From the human T2T-CHM13v2.0 reference genome, Homo sapiens: 64,000 nucleotides of DNA. Positions within the stretch are counted from its first letter, which is position 1. Each line of letters opens with the position of its first letter. The position numbers and the translations under genes are program-made. The DNA lies in the NCBI RefSeq assembly GCF_009914755.1, contig NC_060947.1, one strand, 5' to 3'. Below, one piece after another: positions 16,202-30,367 of this stretch. The notes under the pieces are model-generated. The model ran no database searches and had not been told where the DNA came from. It saw only the letters and a list, made by a program, of their open reading frames with translations.

Positions 16202-17848
16202 TCGTATCTGTGTCCTTTCTTTCTGGGACCGGAAGAGGTTTCAGGTTCCCAGTGGAAATTCCCTGCCCCTCACCTTGAATCAGCCTTTGGCCAAAGAGCC
16301 TTGGAGAATGATATTTAATATTTAAAAACCAGGAACTGAGAACTGAGTGTGCTCATTGCTATGGGGATATCATTGCTCCTGGGCTCCTTGGGTGCAGAGA
16401 CCCAGGGAAATAGATGTTTCTGTGTATGCTTTCACACTGTCCCTCCCTCTCAAGCCCAACTCCACAGGATGCTTCCTCACCTTCCTCTTGCCATCTAGTA
16501 TCACGCTTCTGTAGTGAGAATCTGCTGCCTACAGCAACAACATATTGACACATCCATTCTCTTCTATAAGACACAAAAAAAGGTTTCAGAAATTTTTACG
16601 TTGGTGCTGCCACCACCACCGCTACCAAAGCAATGAAATAAAGTTCAAGATTCCTTGAGATTCTCTTGTCGTTAGGATGTATCTCACTGTGGGTGTACAG
16701 ACAATATACAAAAGTTACTTAATTTTTCTCCGATGTTTATAGTACCAATTTGATAATGTAAGTTAAATTATTCATCTTTATTGAATTTTAAGATATGCAT
16801 ATTTTATCCTCTTTGAGTTAAGTATTTTTCAAATATAGAAAACGTTTACGTGGTCCAAAGTCAAAACTCTGTTAATAGGTTTGCTCAGAGTTCTCAGCTC
16901 CCATCCTTATCCCACCACCCCATTTTTACTCACCTCTTCAGTTCATTGCCATTACTTTTTGCCTTATCTTTTTTGTGTGTTTCTTTTTGCATCTACTTAG
17001 TGCTTTTAAGCCCCCCATTTAAAGGCCTAATGCTAAGTCTTACATGTAAACCAGCAAAAATGTCACCTTTTTAAGTAGACTTTTGTGACCAAAACCTTAT
17101 TATCAAAGCGTGAAAGTTGAGACCGTCTAGGGAGTTTTCATCATGGTGGTTAGACAGTGTGTGGAATTGAAATGTACAGCGTTTGTACATGCAGGTCCGT
17201 TATTGAGAGAACTGATCCAAAACCGTGACGACTGCCAATAAAATGTACTTTACCAAATATCTGCTCAAAATGCCCATGTCTCCTTAATGTCAATACCCAA
17301 CACATGGGTACATCCAGTTTTAGTCTCAAATGTTTTAAGATTTATTAAGCTTGGTTTGCAGGAGTTTAGTGTTCTTGGAATTAGAAGGATTTCTCTAGTG
17401 ATGTGGTGAGAAGAGATAAACCTGGGACCTTTTGTGTTTTCTTGATACGCACATTTATGTTGTGTGCAACACAGGAATTGTCAGGAACCTGCAATGCAAT
17501 CTTTCTTGATTTATAATCTTGCAAAATGTGGAATAAAAAGTAAAGTGCAAAGTTTAAGTGGTAAGTGTTACAATTCATGTGAACAATATGATGCTTTTTC
17601 TCATGCTTACTTGAAGACAGCAGCTGGCCCTTGAGTTCAGTCTCAGTGCAAACAGCCTCCAAAGAAAGTGCATTGCACTAAGGAAGCCCTTTTCATCTCA
17701 CAAAGGGCAAAGTCTGGATTGCCCCCCTTTCTCTGTTGTCTTTGCCTGTTGCTCCCTGGACCCCAGCCAGTCTCCCCAGGCCTGGAGCTGGGTCAGCTAG
17801 GTCTGTGGCCAGGAGGTGGGGGTCCACGTCCACTGTGCTCCTCAGCGG

Positions 17849-18163
17849 CAGGTTCTGCAAACTGCAGCCCGTGGGGCAGACTCCACCTCCAGCCTGAGTG
17901 AGGCCATCCAGCTAAGAATGGCTTTGACATTTTTAAATGGCCAGGGTGAAAAAACTAAAAGAGGATTTTGTCATGACACATGAAAATGATATAAAATGAA
18001 AGTGTCAACTGTCATACATTTTGATTTTTGTCAGTTTCAGAGAAATTTATTTTCTCTTTTTATTAAATGTCACTACATAATATACTTGATTTTGCCTTTC
18101 TGCTCACTGAAGCTAAAATATTTACTCTCTGGCCCTTTCCGGAAAGAGTCCGCCGACCCCCTC
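17849..18163 (+). mobile_element. MER58B/C-like hAT-Charlie DNA transposon
   Basis: Termini CAGGTTCTGCAAACT...AAAATATTTACTCTCTGGCCCTTT...GCCGACCCC. Confidence 0.8.
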
Positions 18164-19384
18164 TCTGTGGAATGAGAGCTTCCAAAAAGATGCAGAAGAC
18201 CGTGCATCCCAAGCGGTTGTAAAAGCCACTTACTTTCGTAGGTTTAATGACTCAAAAGAAAGGGCGCTTGTTCCCTCCCTTCCTTCCTGGGCAGGCCCCT
18301 TTTTGGAATGGAGTTTCGTTATACAGAAAGTTGTTCTCGCTGTACAGAATTCTGCGATGCCTTCACTTGATGGCTGTTTCTTCGGGGATAGGAGGGCTGG
18401 GGGTCAGGATCTGATCTCACACGAATGGTTCAGAGTCTGGACTTAGTAGCTCAGAGCAGTTCACTGATTTGGGATCTCTGGAAGAAAAGGGTACTGAGTC
18501 ACTGGCACCTTCTGCTCAGCTCCTGACAGCAGTGTAAAGGATGCTTTCGTGACACCCAGCCTTCAGCCCAGGAGGATGGTGGCAGATCAGACAGCTCTGG
18601 AAATGCAGGGCACAATGCGCAGAGGGTTGCACCACAACAGCAGTCACTCGGTGCCCGCCTGGAGCACTGCTCTCATTTCCAGAGTCCCTGTATTTCTGAT
18701 CTTGGCTGCTTTAAAAAGGAGGTGTGGGCCTGGGATCCCAGAAGTATTCCTCTGTGATTCTGTACCACAGCTTTACCTTAATTGGGGGTGTAGGGGGTGG
18801 GGAGAAAGAGGAAGACAGATGAAAGCAGGGAAATCCTTCTTGGAGTCATAGTTAAAAGGATAAAATAAGAGCTTTAGTGTAGCCTCCGTTTCCAGCAATC
18901 CATTTTATTCTTTGTCCACAAACTGAATGAAAATAAGCAGTCATTCAAAAATGATATTTACGTAACCTACAAAAATCTCAATCAACCAAGGAAAAGGTGG
19001 AATGGGGCTTAATACAATACAGGGCTGTCTCCGGAGTTCCCTCCCTTGATTTCAGGCTTTTGGTGTAAAGCTCCCGAAAGAAAGCAACTTTGATTTTTAT
19101 TAGACTCTTCAAAATCATCTCGGTAGAATATTGACCTTTTTTGTGTGTGGAAAAATGACTTCTACGAATTCTCTTGTAGGAGTGTACATTTTGGTCATTT
19201 TTTGGAATGTAGGAAAAAAAATGTGGGGTACCCTTTATTGCATTTTCAAGACCTTCCAAAGAAGATAATTCTGATTGTAACTCATTATAATCTGGGAAAG
19301 TAGATTGTTCTGGTTTCAAGGACTGCGTGTGCTTTAAATAATCACAGGCTGCTCTCAGACTTGGGAACTTTTGGTAGAATACAG

Positions 19385-19609
19385 CAGTGATTCTCAACCA
19401 GGGCAGTTGTGTTCCTTGGGGGACATTTGGCAGCGTCTGGAGACATTTTTGGTTGTCACGTTTTGGGGAAATGGGTGGTGCTCCTGGCATCTAATGGGTA
19501 GAGGCCCAGGATGCTGCCAAACATCCTACAGTGTGCAGGACAGCCCCCCCCCAACCAAGAATGATTTAGCCCCAGATGTTCATAGCGCCAGAGGTGGAGG
19601 AACTGCCTC
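19385..19609 (+). mobile_element. MER20 (hAT-Charlie)
   Basis: CAGTGATTCTCAACC...GGGGACATTTGGCAGCGTCTGGAGACATTTTTGGTTGTCAC...GGATGCTGCCAAACATCCTACA. Confidence 0.92.
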
Positions 19610-20849
19610 GGGGGATGTGTAGGAGCTTTACTTTATGGGTTTTTTAATGGAAAATATATGTATAGACACGTACATATATATACGTGTACATACACATGTA
19701 GATGACTCTGCTCAGCGCACCCATGAAGTATGCAGTGCACCTGTCCCCTGGGATCTGGTTATACGATGGGTGTCCAGCCTGTGCCCAGGGGTTCAGTTTC
19801 CTTTGTGCTGCTGCAGTACCTTGTCAGCATGGAGAGGGGGAGGTCAGTTATGAGGAGGCCCTTTTGGGGTAGAGTGGAGGAATGGTGCCGCCTGGTCAAG
19901 GCCTCGCATGGGGTAGTGTTCTTTGTACAGTTCTAGGTGAGGCGGCGAACACGTTCTCATGCATTCTTCATGGTGGTGGTGATGCTGATGTTAAGACCAA
20001 CGGGCCTCTGTTGTTCTGCTCAAGGTTCCAAGTAGAGTAGGTTTTCTATTTTCAAAATGTAGTTCACGGTGTCCCAATTTTTAGTGCAGCGTATTTCAAC
20101 AAAATGTCCTTTTACACATATAAATGGCTTATGTTGCAAGGTCCCCCTCAGCTTCCTGGTGTGGAATCAGTGATGGATAAAGGCAGAGAGGCTCTCAGGC
20201 TGACATATACTCCCTATGAAGAGGGGGGAAGAACTGTGTTGGCCCATGGGTGTTTGGGGAAACACTTGTATTCCAAGGTATTTGTGGAGAAGATATGGGA
20301 TGTTTTTCCATGTTGGGCTTCGGATATGAAGTTTAAGGAAGGAGAATGGAGTCCTGGTGCACACCTCTCATAAGCACACGCACGCTGGCCACTCTGCTGG
20401 CTCCAGAGTCATCCAGAGCATCGAGCATAGTTTCTCCCCCGGAGACCCTCCAATCTGATCAGATAGGGAGGCTGTGAGTCTGGTGACCCCCACTGCAGGG
20501 GGCAGAGCTAGTGCAGGTGGTGCTGAGCTGACTGGGAGAAGAAGGGCCTGCAGGACCGGCTGCAAAGCCCTTAGGGGAGGGAGGAAGTGAGGAATTTGGT
20601 TTCCTAAACGGGTGGTCCAAGAGAGGCCGGGTTCATCGCTGTGCAGTGAGGTGGCACTGGAAGGAGGGAGTCCTCAGATGGGCCACCCTTTGGGGCTATA
20701 AGTCTCGTGGTTTGTTTCTCTTGGCTTCAAGATAACATATCTAGTTTGGGTGTTTTGGGATGATGAGGTTGGGGTGTTTGGGAATTGAGGTGGCCGCGTA
20801 GGCATTGAGGAAGATACTGGTGTTTTGTGCGGTCAAAGGGCAATGGTGT

Positions 20850-20965
20850 GGAACTCAGATCCCAGCTCTGACCCTGTGTGGTCTTGGGGGATCATCCACC
20901 ATCAGTCTATTTCTCTGTGACTTGGGGATAACAGTACATGTGAGCGTGAAATAAGAGTATAAATT
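20850..20965 (+). mobile_element. MIR fragment
   Basis: CAGATCCCAGCTCTGACCCTGTGTGGTCTTGGG...GGGGATAACAGTAC. Confidence 0.55.
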
Positions 20966-21326
20966 GCATCAATGTCTGTGTGTCAAGGTTGCCTGAGGAG
21001 GAGTTGGCTGGGCTTGCACTGACGCTTGATTCTTTGTATCACTCCGACTTAAACCACGACACTTCCAAGGCAGAGTCTAAAGCCTGTCCTCTCACAATCT
21101 TCTACAGGTGAGTAGGAGGCCATAGACCTTGTGAGTACAGAGTCCTAAAAGAAGGCAGAAATGTGTGAATCTGCCAAAAGTAAAGAAAGGGTGTTACTAC
21201 TGGTCAAAGTCGTTGCAAGAATGCTGGCTTTTACAACTCCTGTTTCTGCTGCTATCACCTGCTGCCTGTGTCTTGTTTCCTGGGCTCCAGATCATTTTCA
21301 CATTTCTCAAAATGGTCCTTGGTAGC

Positions 21327-22090
21327 TGTGGTAGATGGAATAATGGCCCTCAAGGTGTATCTCCATCCTAATCCTGGAACCTGTGAATAGGTCATTCTAC
21401 ATAGCAAAGTGGACTTTGTGGACGTGGTTTAAGGATCTCAAGGCCTGGTGCCAGGGGCTCATGCCTGTAATCCCAGCACTTGAGGAGGCTGAGGTGGAAG
21501 GGTTATTTGAGCCCAGGAGTTCAAGGCCAGCCTGGGCAACAGAGAGAGACCCTGTCTCTAGAAAAAAACTAAAAATTAGCTGGGCATGGTGGCACGTGCC
21601 TGTAGTCCCAGCTACTCAGGATGCTGAGGTGGGAGGATTACTGAAGTCCAGGAGGTTTAGGCTGTAGTGAGCCATGTTGGCGCCACTGCACTCCAGCCTG
21701 GGCAACAGAGCAAGACACTGTCCCAGAAAAAAAAACAAAAACAAAAGGATATCGAGATGAGGTTGGGGAGGTTGTCTGGGTGGGCCCAGAGCAATCACAG
21801 AGGTGCTTCTGAGTGGAATAGGGAAGCTGGGGGAACAGAATCCCAGAGGAGATAGGAGGATGGGCGCAGAGGCCCCAGTGATGTGGGCCCATGAGCCAAG
21901 GGATGCTGGCGGCCTCTAGAAGCTGGACAAGGCAAGGAATCGAATTCTCCCCTGAAGCCTTTAAAAAAGGACACAGCCCTGTGACCCATTTTAGACATTG
22001 CACATCGAGAACCTAAGAGAGTGTGTCTGTGTTGCTTATGGTAGCCGAGCTGGAGATTCTTTGTGACAGCAGCAACAGGAAACGCAGACA
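21327..22090 (+). mobile_element. MLT1D-like MaLR LTR interrupted by an AluJ
   Basis: TGTGGTAGATGGAATAATGGCC start; CCTCTAGAAGCTGGACAAGGCAAGGAA; GCAGCAACAGGAAACGCAGACA end. Confidence 0.88.
21442..21744 (+). mobile_element. AluJ SINE
   Basis: Full dimer; TSD AAGGAT(C/A)TC(A/G)A. Confidence 0.93.
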
Positions 22091-22508
22091 GTGGGTGAGC
22101 ACCAGATGGTAGAGTCAAGTTTAATATGCTGGAGCAAGGAGGGTCAGCTAATCACTGGCAAAAGATCAGGGCCTGGGACTTTTGCTAACTGTTTCTATGG
22201 ATTCCTCCTTCCTCTTGCAATGAGAAGCGACAGCCTCGTGGTGAAATTTGTTAGCTGTTTATTATTTTCATTGATCTGATTCTACTAGTGTGATTTATGC
22301 TAAGCATAAATGACCAAAGTTGACTGTGGTTTTTTGAAGAACATTGGAAAATAAACGTACAAAATTATGTTTTTATAATAATGGTTCAGTCCAAAATAAA
22401 GGAATATATTCATAGAAATTAGCTAAAATTATAGAGGGTAAGTTACATACATCTTCTTCTTAAAGATGCTGGTACCAACACTGGAAGAAGCTGTACAAGT
22501 GGGCAGGT

Positions 22509-22762
22509 TGTTTTTTGTTTTTGAGACTAGGTGTCACTGTCACCTCAACCTCCCCAAGCTCAGGCGATCCTCCCACCTCAGCCTCCTGAGTAGCCGTGAC
22601 TACAGGTGTGCACCTCCACATCTGGCTAATTTTTGTATTTTTTGTAGAGATGGACTTTCACCATGTTGTCCAGACTGGTCTTAAATTCCTGGGTTCAAGT
22701 GATCCAGATGCCTTGGCCTCCCAAAGTGCTGGGATTAGGGGCATGAGCTACGGTGCCCAGTC
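22509..22762 (-). mobile_element. AluJ with internal deletion in right arm
   Basis: Reverse Alu lacking the CCAGGCTGGAGTGCAGTGG block. Confidence 0.88.
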
Positions 22763-23307
22763 TCAATTTTTAAAAATATATTTTACCATCACTTTCCAAG
22801 CTTTTTGTCCTATGTGACAACAGAAAATTGAATTTCTTAATCCACTTACATTGAATTTAAAATCCACTTAGGAAAGTGAGCTTCAGGTATTAGAATTATT
22901 AACTCCGAATAAGCAGATACTCTAGCATATTTTATCTTCCAGATTGTGTTGTGATTGTAACAAGACACATTTTATGCATTTTAGTTTTCATCACAAACTG
23001 GCTGAAAATCATGTTATGTACAAATATGACTTGATTCAATACAATTTATTGTTTGGGTATAATTTGAATTAGAAAGCCATTTGTATACCTTTTGCTCACT
23101 TACATTATGCTATTATGCTTTTGACATCAGAGGAAATACACTTACTTAAAATCCTCGCAGATCCCAGAGCAAATGAAGAGTTTTTGTTCTTTTAAAAATT
23201 GGAAGTAGTCTAGTTTTCTGGTTGTACAGTAACAATGTGATATATATTGTCTTTATCATATATACACACATACATAAATCATCTTTCCTTCAAAGATCTC
23301 AGATCAC

Positions 23308-24297
<990 letters not shown>

Positions 24298-24487
24298 CTC
24301 AGAGAACTTTCTGAATCTCTCTTATAATGCCTAGGGGGTTCCTTGTTGAAGATGAAATTAGGGACTACCATGAACTGCTTTAGGAAACCTGGGAGAAAGG
24401 AGTCAGGCCCCTTTTTCATATCTATGCAGTGTAACCGGCCTCTCAGAAAGATTGGTTGGAGTGGATGGGAGAATAAAGAAATGAATG

Positions 24488-24800
24488 GGTTGGGTGCAGT
24501 AGCTTACACTTGGAATCCCAGCACTTTGGGAGGCTGAGGTGGGAGGATCACTTGATCCCAGGAGTTTGAGATCAGCCTGGGCAACATGGCAAAACCTCAT
24601 CTCCACAAAAAAATACAAAAATTAGCTGGGCATGGTGGCACACACCTGTGGTCCCAGCTACTTGGGAGGCTGAGGTGGGAGGATTATTTGAGCCCAGGAG
24701 TTAGAGGCTGCAGTGAGCTATGATTGTGCCACTGTATTCCAGCCTAGGTGCCAGTGAGACTGTGTCTAAACAAAAACAAAAAAAACAAAAAAAAAAAAAA
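24488..24800 (+). mobile_element. AluJ SINE
   Basis: Full dimer with A-rich tail. Confidence 0.93.
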
Positions 24801-24871
24801 CAGTACAAAGTGTTCAGTGCCGTCAGATGTTCTGAATATAGTATGATGAGAATGCAGTGGTGGGGGAGAAG

Positions 24872-25731
24872 GTGGATTAGTTTCTGTGGCTGCTGTAACA
24901 AACTACCACAAACCTAGATGCTTAAAACTACACACATTTACTATCTTAACAGTTCTGGGCTGGGTATGGTAGCTCATGCCTGTCATCTGAACACTTTGGG
25001 AGGCTGAGGTGCAAGAATTGCTTCAGCTCAGGAGTTCGAGACCAGCCTGGGCAACATGGCAAGACCCTGTCTCTCTCTAAAAAAAAAAAAGCCAGGCATG
25101 GTGGTCCACACCTGTAGTCCCAGCTACTTGGAGGCTGAGGTGGGAGGATCACTTGAGTCCAGGAGGTCAAGACTGCAGTGAGCCATGCGAGTGCTCCAGC
25201 CTGGATGACAGAACAAAATCTTGTCTCTATAAAAAGAAACTGGAAAAAAAAAAAAGTAGTTCTAGAGGTCATAAGTTCCAAATGGGTCTTATTCTGCTAA
25301 AATCGAGGCATCTACAGGGTGGTGGTATTTGCTGAAGGCTCGAGGGTTAAGTTTCTGGTTTTTTGTTTTGTTTTGTGTTTTTTGTTTTTGTTTTTGTTTT
25401 TTTTTTGCTTTCTCAGTTTCTAGAGGCTGCCCATATTCCTTAGCTCATGGCCCCTTCCTCCATCTTTAAAGCCAGCACTGCTTGTTCGAGTCTTTTTCAC
25501 ATTGCATTTCCCCTTTCACATTGAAAGCACTCTTCTGATGAACCACTTCTGTTAAAACCACTCTTATGATCCAAGATAATTTACTTTTTTAAAAGATGAA
25601 CTGATTAGCAGCCTGAATTCCACCTGTAGCCTTCATTCCTCCCTGCCATGCAACTTAAGTTGTTCATGGTTTCTGGGAATCAGGATGTGGACACCTTGGG
25701 TGGGGATGGACCTTAACTCTGGCTGCCACCA
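24872..25731 (-). mobile_element. MLT1D-like MaLR LTR interrupted by an AluJ
   Basis: ATTAGTTTCTGTGGCTGCTGTAACAAACTACCACAAAC...TTCTAGAGGCTGCCCATATTCCTTAGCTCATGGCCCC...GGAATCAGGATGTGGACA. Confidence 0.85.
24958..25255 (+). mobile_element. AluJ SINE
   Basis: Dimer flanked by an AGTTCT duplication inside the MLT1. Confidence 0.92.
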
Positions 25732-25894
25732 ATGGCGCCTGGTCAAAGTATCCTGTAGGATTTATTCTTGGAAACGGCGTTAGCCCCAACGCCCTACTTT
25801 GCTGGCTGTGTAAGAAACACGAGGTCAGTCAGGCAGTAAGAGGAGCATGGACTTGTTTTCTGAAACAGCGACACAATCCATTACATATTTTCGA

Positions 25895-26425
25895 ATGACG
25901 AGATGAGATCAGACTTCTGCTTTAGGAAGAGTCACAGGGTTTTGTGGATTTGCAGGGGAAACAGGCAGTCAGAGGGAGTTCTGTGTCACCGTCCAGAGGC
26001 TGGGGTGCCAAGGAGGGCAGTGGCAGTGGGCTTGAAGAGATGCAATGGGGCTGCTTTGGGGCTGAGGCGACTGGACTGGCGTCTGATTGATGGAATACCA
26101 GGAGAGGGATGGGAGAGGGAAAGAGATGAGTCCAGGATGACAGTTGGAAAGTCCTGGACTTCGGAGTAAAGGGTAGCGATTGAGGAGTTAAAGGGTAGAA
26201 TCAGGCTGGGGAGAGCAAATTTACTTTTGAAATAGTGACCTTTGGATGCTGGACAGGGAGATATGAAGCAGGCAGAGGAAATATGGGCATGAAATAGAGC
26301 TTCAGCATTTTCTACAAAGAAGCCACCACATTCGGTGACATGACAAGGGAGTGATGCCAGAGGGAAGAGAGGTACAAGGGCAGAATGCTGGGGAAATGCC
26401 TGTGTTTAATGGGCGTGGAGAACCC
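25895..26425 (-). mobile_element. L2 fragment
   Basis: Purine-rich GAGATCAGACTTCTGCTTTAGGAAGAGTCAC...GAGTCCAGGATGAC, typical of antisense L2. Confidence 0.6.
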
Positions 26426-26817
26426 GCTTAATAAATAATGAGAATATATTGCTGGACTGAAACAAAAGTCCTCATTAGCTCATTAAATGTTTCCTGGAAT
26501 TCCCAGTCAAATCTGTGAAACAATTTTAATGCTAGATGTTTTGTAAGTATTTCTCCGGAAATCTGGAAATTTGTCCACAGACCCCCAGACATTGTTTATA
26601 AACTGAAGTCAGTTGACTCAAGTATTTTGCAAATGTCTATGGACCCTAGTGTGATTAATAGAAACACAAATTATTTTAAAGGTGTCACTCAATTTACAGT
26701 CATTCTGTATTTTTGCCATTTGGTATTTTTTCCTGAAACATTACATAATAAGAATGCAGCATGCTTTCTTTATGTAGGTGATCTGTGAAACTTTTTGACA
26801 ATTAAAAATTGGTTTTT

Positions 26818-27143
<326 letters not shown>

Positions 27144-28849
27144 AAAAATTGGTTTTTGCTGTTTGTTGCGGCATCACTTGCAGTTACAAAGAAGTGAACA
27201 TAGTGGTTACAGATTGGGTTGTAAGGCTGGACCTGGCCGTATGATGGGTTACTAGGCACCTGTTAAAAATAGTACTGTGGAAGTGGTATATTTATTGGCA
27301 TGTCCATGTGTTTACAATATATTACAATGGTGTTACTGTAATCCCCAGGAGACCAGCAGCCCAGCTGGGACTCTGAGAGCTCTAAGATACGTCCTTGGAG
27401 TAAACCAAGCTGCAAGGAGGTCTGTTCACTTCTGTATTGTTTATCCACTCATAAATTTGATTTACATAGCTGGACTTTGGTGTTGTACAGTTATCTCATA
27501 ATGAGGGTTATTTTAAGAAGTGTCTCAAGGAAATGTGTCGTGTGTTTACTGAGGATAGCGTTGTATGTAGTCCACAATTTCCTCTTTCTGGGAGAAATTT
27601 TGCACATGTATCAGAAGTCTAGGAGCTGTGTTTCTGATATTTGCATCTTCTTTATTGTTTAGATACTGTGAATCCAGCATCTAACTATAGTTCCTTCTTT
27701 GAGGTCTAGGAAACTTGGAATTGGATTGACAATTCCCTTCCAAGTGATTTCAGGTTGTATCCGACTGCGAACTTTGGATACCGCCTTCCTGTCTCAGCTT
27801 CGTCTCCTTTGTCCTACCATGATCTTCTCTTGGCCCCAGTTTACCCAGTGAATTACTTTATTTTTGCTATTTTGTATGTGTTTTTGGAAGCCACCCCCAG
27901 TTTTTTCTCTTCTTTTCCTGGGTGGGGAGTTAGAAGTGTTGCAGTGGATGATGGTGCTGTGGCTTTTTGGAGGTTGGTTTGCAGTAGCTTTTGAGTTCTG
28001 GTGTGTTAGTGGCATCTTATTCTAATCTAGCTGCTTCCTGTTGAAGTACATCAAGACGAAGTATATTTCTAAATTTATTACGATGAATACTCTATCAAAA
28101 GCAGCTGGTGCTTAGGCCCTAGGTAGAGCTTTAAGATAAAGTTCTTTAATATCAATTTAGAAAAAGAAAGATTCATAATGATTAATGGAGCTCCTGCATC
28201 ACTGAATTTTACTGGAATAAAAAAAATTAGTGGGCTTAAAGTTACATTGAATGTAGTGGAAATTCTTTTTCTTATCTCCATTACTGTTGGGGAACAATTT
28301 CATCTAAACCCCATTGAAAACTGGGCCTTATAGCCTTCAGTATACTTCATAACATTTGTTGGAAAGCAGGAAATGAAAACGAAGTATTTGAAGTAAAAGT
28401 TCTTAAATGTGTCCCAAGAAATGAGGATTACTGCAGAAAGAATGGTTAGTTATTTCTCGAATTATAAGAAGGAAATATCTGCAGCCTTTTTTGTCATCAG
28501 TGCAGCAGCCCCGGTTTTTCTGTTAATCATAGCTGGTAATAATGCCCTCCGGTTTATAGTTTTGATGAGCCGGGAGCTAGGCTGCGTGTTTTACATATAA
28601 TATCTCTGTTCCATCAGCTGCATAACCTAGATATCCTTCACCCCATTTTTATGAGACTCATGGGTTCTTGTCTGGGACCATGCACCTAGTAACTGACAAG
28701 ATTGCAAACTAGTTATGTCACCTGTGGAGTTCCACGACAAAGGCAATTCTAGGCGATGTTTATGTAGTGTTCCTTGCATGCCAGGGGGATTCTGTGCTCT
28801 TTCCATGTGTGAATGATAGCATCCACCTGCTAACTTTGTTGGGAGGGTT

Positions 28850-28985
28850 CAGTTATCCTCTCTGTACAGGTGAGAACAGGAGGTACTGAGGACATCTGGC
28901 CCAAGGATACTACCGCTGGCACGGGGTGGATGGTGATTCGCCCTCAGTCCCTCTGGCGCAGCATCTGTGCTGTTTGCTGCCAGGC
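28850..28985 (-). mobile_element. MIR fragment
   Basis: TTATCCTCTCTGTACAGGTGAGAACAGGAGGT...GGCCCAAGGATAC resembles the reverse MIR core. Confidence 0.55.
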
Positions 28986-29520
28986 CAGCTGCATCCCAGA
29001 TAGAGTGACAGGATCTGTTCGCGTCACATCCAGAAAAGGCTCTGAGGCCAAGCTCCCTGCGTTGCTTCTCACTTTGACTCTGGAATCAGAGGTGCGTGCC
29101 TGGAGGACTTAGCTCTGCATGGACAGCTGGTAAGGTGTCACAGAGGGTGAGGTGGGCCATTGTAGCAGAGAGTTGTTAAGAGTTGGTTACGTGGGTTTTC
29201 TCACAGGGTACAAGGCTGAGGAATGGGAAACCAGTTAGGAGACCTTGCTAATAGCGTGGACCAAAGATGGGGAGTAGGTCCAGACAGATTCCGCAGTGTT
29301 CATGCAGTGTTCATGAAGCAGGTGTAGACAGATTGCGGGGCCATTCATGAAGGTGATTTGCCGGGGCTTTTTACGGATGGAAAACCCCTTTTCTGTGTTC
29401 ATCCCACCTCCTGTTGTCGACAGATGACACCTGCACAATCAGGTCCTCCCAACTCCTTCCACCACCCAAAGTGAAATACGCAAGTCCCAGAGAACTGTGT
29501 CATTCTTACCGAAGTGGCTG

Positions 29521-29632
29521 ATGTAGGATGTTAGAAACATCTCCCACCCCAAGTTGTGACAACCTGAAACATCCCCAGACATTGCTAACTGCCTCTTGGA
29601 GGGGGCACAGTCACCCGCTGTTGGGAACACAG
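29521..29632 (-). mobile_element. MER20 fragment
   Basis: AGTTGTGACAACCTGAAACATCCCCAGACATTGCTAACTGCC. Confidence 0.75.
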
Positions 29633-30336
29633 GCCTAAAAGCTTGGAGCCAGGGCTGACTGTCTGTGTAGGCTAGAACAGAATTCCCAATGACCCATCAC
29701 CATGACATCTGACACTCAAACCGCACCCCACCCCGACCCCCCACAACCACCACCTTTTAAAAATTTCCATTTTTGGAAAAGGCTGGGGCTTAGAAGTCAT
29801 TATGAAGGCACCCATTTCCAGAAGGGTAAGAATCAGAAAGTTGGCTAATTCGGGTCTCTGCTTTACAGGAGTTCCGCAGCGTCTTTCAGTAGAGTGAAGC
29901 TCCAGTATTTGTATGAGTGTTGGGGTTGTTTGGTGGTGTGGGGTAATGCAGGAGGAGAGAATTGGGGAACTGTTAACCACCACCGAAACAGGCTATAGAG
30001 AAGAATGCCAGGGGACTTTACTGTGATGGAGACAGGAGCGTTGAAGTCTGAAGAGTGACATCTGGGTTCTCTGTACGTTCTGATTTCTTCTGCTAGGATG
30101 AGTATAGAAACATGTTCTCTGGGGTGAAAGTGAAGCCTTGTGAAATTCATACAGGTGAAGCTGCTGATAGCAGCTCTTCCCGATGGCATGAATATGGAGG
30201 TGGCGGTTGAAGCAAGTTTGGTTTGTGAATAGAAATATACGTGTTCATATGTATGTGTGCACGTATGTGTTTGTGCATGTGTATGCTTTAGGACCCAGTT
30301 CTTGGATTAGCTGATTATTTTTTTCCCTCTCTATAG

Positions 30337-30367
30337 ACATTGGTGACCTAGGTTTTCAGATACTTAT
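30337..30367 (+). other. Candidate 31-nt micro-exon
   Basis: Branch-like CTGAT, pyrimidine tract TTTTTTTCCCTCTCTATAG, 31 nt, then donor GTAAGT; non-repeat context; no transcript evidence available. Confidence 0.3.

Noticed and set aside
18978-19490. 170-aa minus-strand ORF
   Set aside because: Starts inside MER20 and shows no recognisable homology.
19655-19700. Short ACACGTA/TACGTGT inverted repeat
   Set aside because: A by-product of an alternating purine-pyrimidine microsatellite; the stem is too short to be meaningful.
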